From: Deltaproteobacteria bacterium
GTDB taxonomy: Bacteria; Desulfobacterota; Desulfuromonadia; Desulfuromonadales; JAAYDE01
Assembly (NCBI GenBank): GCA_017552515.1
Contig: JAFZPK010000193.1
Location: 1-45,045, forward strand
Length of the DNA stretch: 45,045 nucleotides
Direction of reading: 5' to 3'
Shown: piece by piece, positions 44,442 through 45,045 of the stretch
Position numbering within the stretch: position 1 is the first letter of the stretch
Layout: the number at the start of each line of letters is the position of its first letter
Notes under the pieces: model-generated
Seen by the model: the letters and a program-made list of their open reading frames with translations, nothing else
Told to the model about the DNA's origin: nothing
The model's database searches: none
Made by a program: the position numbers and the translations under genes

Positions 44442-45045
44442 TTATTTAAGGATGAAGTGCATACCGGGTAACCGCGTTACCACTCCCCGCAGTTCCAAGT
44501 CAAGCAACCTAGCGGAAACATCGCTGGGTGTCAAGCCGCTCTGCTGAATAAGCTCGTCCACATGGCAGGGCGCACTGGCCAGCAAACGGCAAAGGACGGC
44601 ATCTTCCTCCGGCAGGGCAGGCGTCCCGGCGGAAGCGCCTCCCGCGGGAACGGGTGTTTCCCGCCGCAGAGGACGCCCCGTATTCACCTGCTGGCTCAGC
44701 CCCAGCGGCCCCAGCAGATCGCCGAGTTCCGCCACCAGATGCGCACCGTCTCCCAGCAGCCGGTTGACGCCGGTACTGGTTTCGGCATAGACTGGCCCTG
44801 GCACCGCAAACACTTCCCGCCCGTTTTGCAGGGCAAAATCGGCGGTGATGAGCGCGCCGCAGGTCGCGGACGCCTCGGCGACCAGCACGCCGCGCGATAT
44901 TCCCGCGATGATGCGGTTGCGGGCAGGAAAATGGCCCGCCAGCGGCCGTGTTCCCGGCAGGTATTCGCTGAGCAGCATGCCCTGCACGCAAATTTTTTCC
45001 AGCAGTTCACGGTGTTCCGCCGGATAGGCCACGTCAATGCCGCAG
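44442..45045 (-). CDS. dprA: DNA-processing protein DprA (C-terminal part; 5' end beyond the window)
   Basis: The reading frame is open to the window edge (...CGIDVAYPAEHRELLEKI...). It has FPARNRIIAGISRGVLVAEAS...GALITADFALQNGREVFAVPG (Rossmann-like DprA core) and a C-terminal winged-helix tail. The stop TAA is at 44442-44444. Confidence 0.85.
   Translation of the reverse strand, partial: CGIDVAYPAEHRELLEKICVQGMLLSEYLPGTRPLAGHFPARNRIIAGISRGVLVAEASATCGALITADFALQNGREVFAVPGPVYAETSTGVNRLLGDGAHLVAELGDLLGPLGLSQQVNTGRPLRRETPVPAGGASAGTPALPEEDAVLCRLLASAPCHVDELIQQSGLTPSDVSARLLDLELRGVVTRLPGMHFILK

Overview
This is a 45-kb chromosomal window from a GC-rich bacterium. Gene content suggests a Desulfovibrio-like organism, but that is inference only because no search was run. 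All family calls come from motifs I recognise in the translated ORFs.

The window has three blocks.

(1) 1-7276 is a visibly more AT-rich integrated element abutting the 3' end of tRNA-Arg(TCT). All its genes are on the minus strand: a P4-type integrase, AlpA, two translationally coupled 61-aa ORFs, a Prim-Pol/DUF3987 replication protein, a Cys/Trp-rich orphan, a small-terminase-like HTH protein and two tandem Trp-rich paralogues. This is a PICI/P4-like satellite architecture. Its left end lies outside the window.

(2) Core genes: tRNA-Arg and tRNA-Pro, a split YeeE/YedE pair, a XerC/D-family recombinase, rpmH-rnpA-yidD-yidC, an MlaC-like gene coupled to a 525-aa conserved hypothetical, rarA, mltA, priA, a MATE pump, a cytochrome c, trmB, truD, an IclR regulator, rne, livFGMH plus a binding protein, topA and partial dprA.

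(3) 21.5-31.0 kb is a ten-gene minus-strand operon for anaerobic haem uptake and degradation: ChuW/HutW radical SAM enzyme, TonB-dependent receptor, ECF S/T/AA' transporter, HutX, flavodoxin and ExbB-ExbD-TonB. Its inner-membrane step is an ECF-type importer instead of the usual binding-protein-dependent HmuTUV system.

The best candidates for something undescribed are the satellite's uncharacterised cargo and regulatory switch, and the TonB-receptor/ECF haem pathway.
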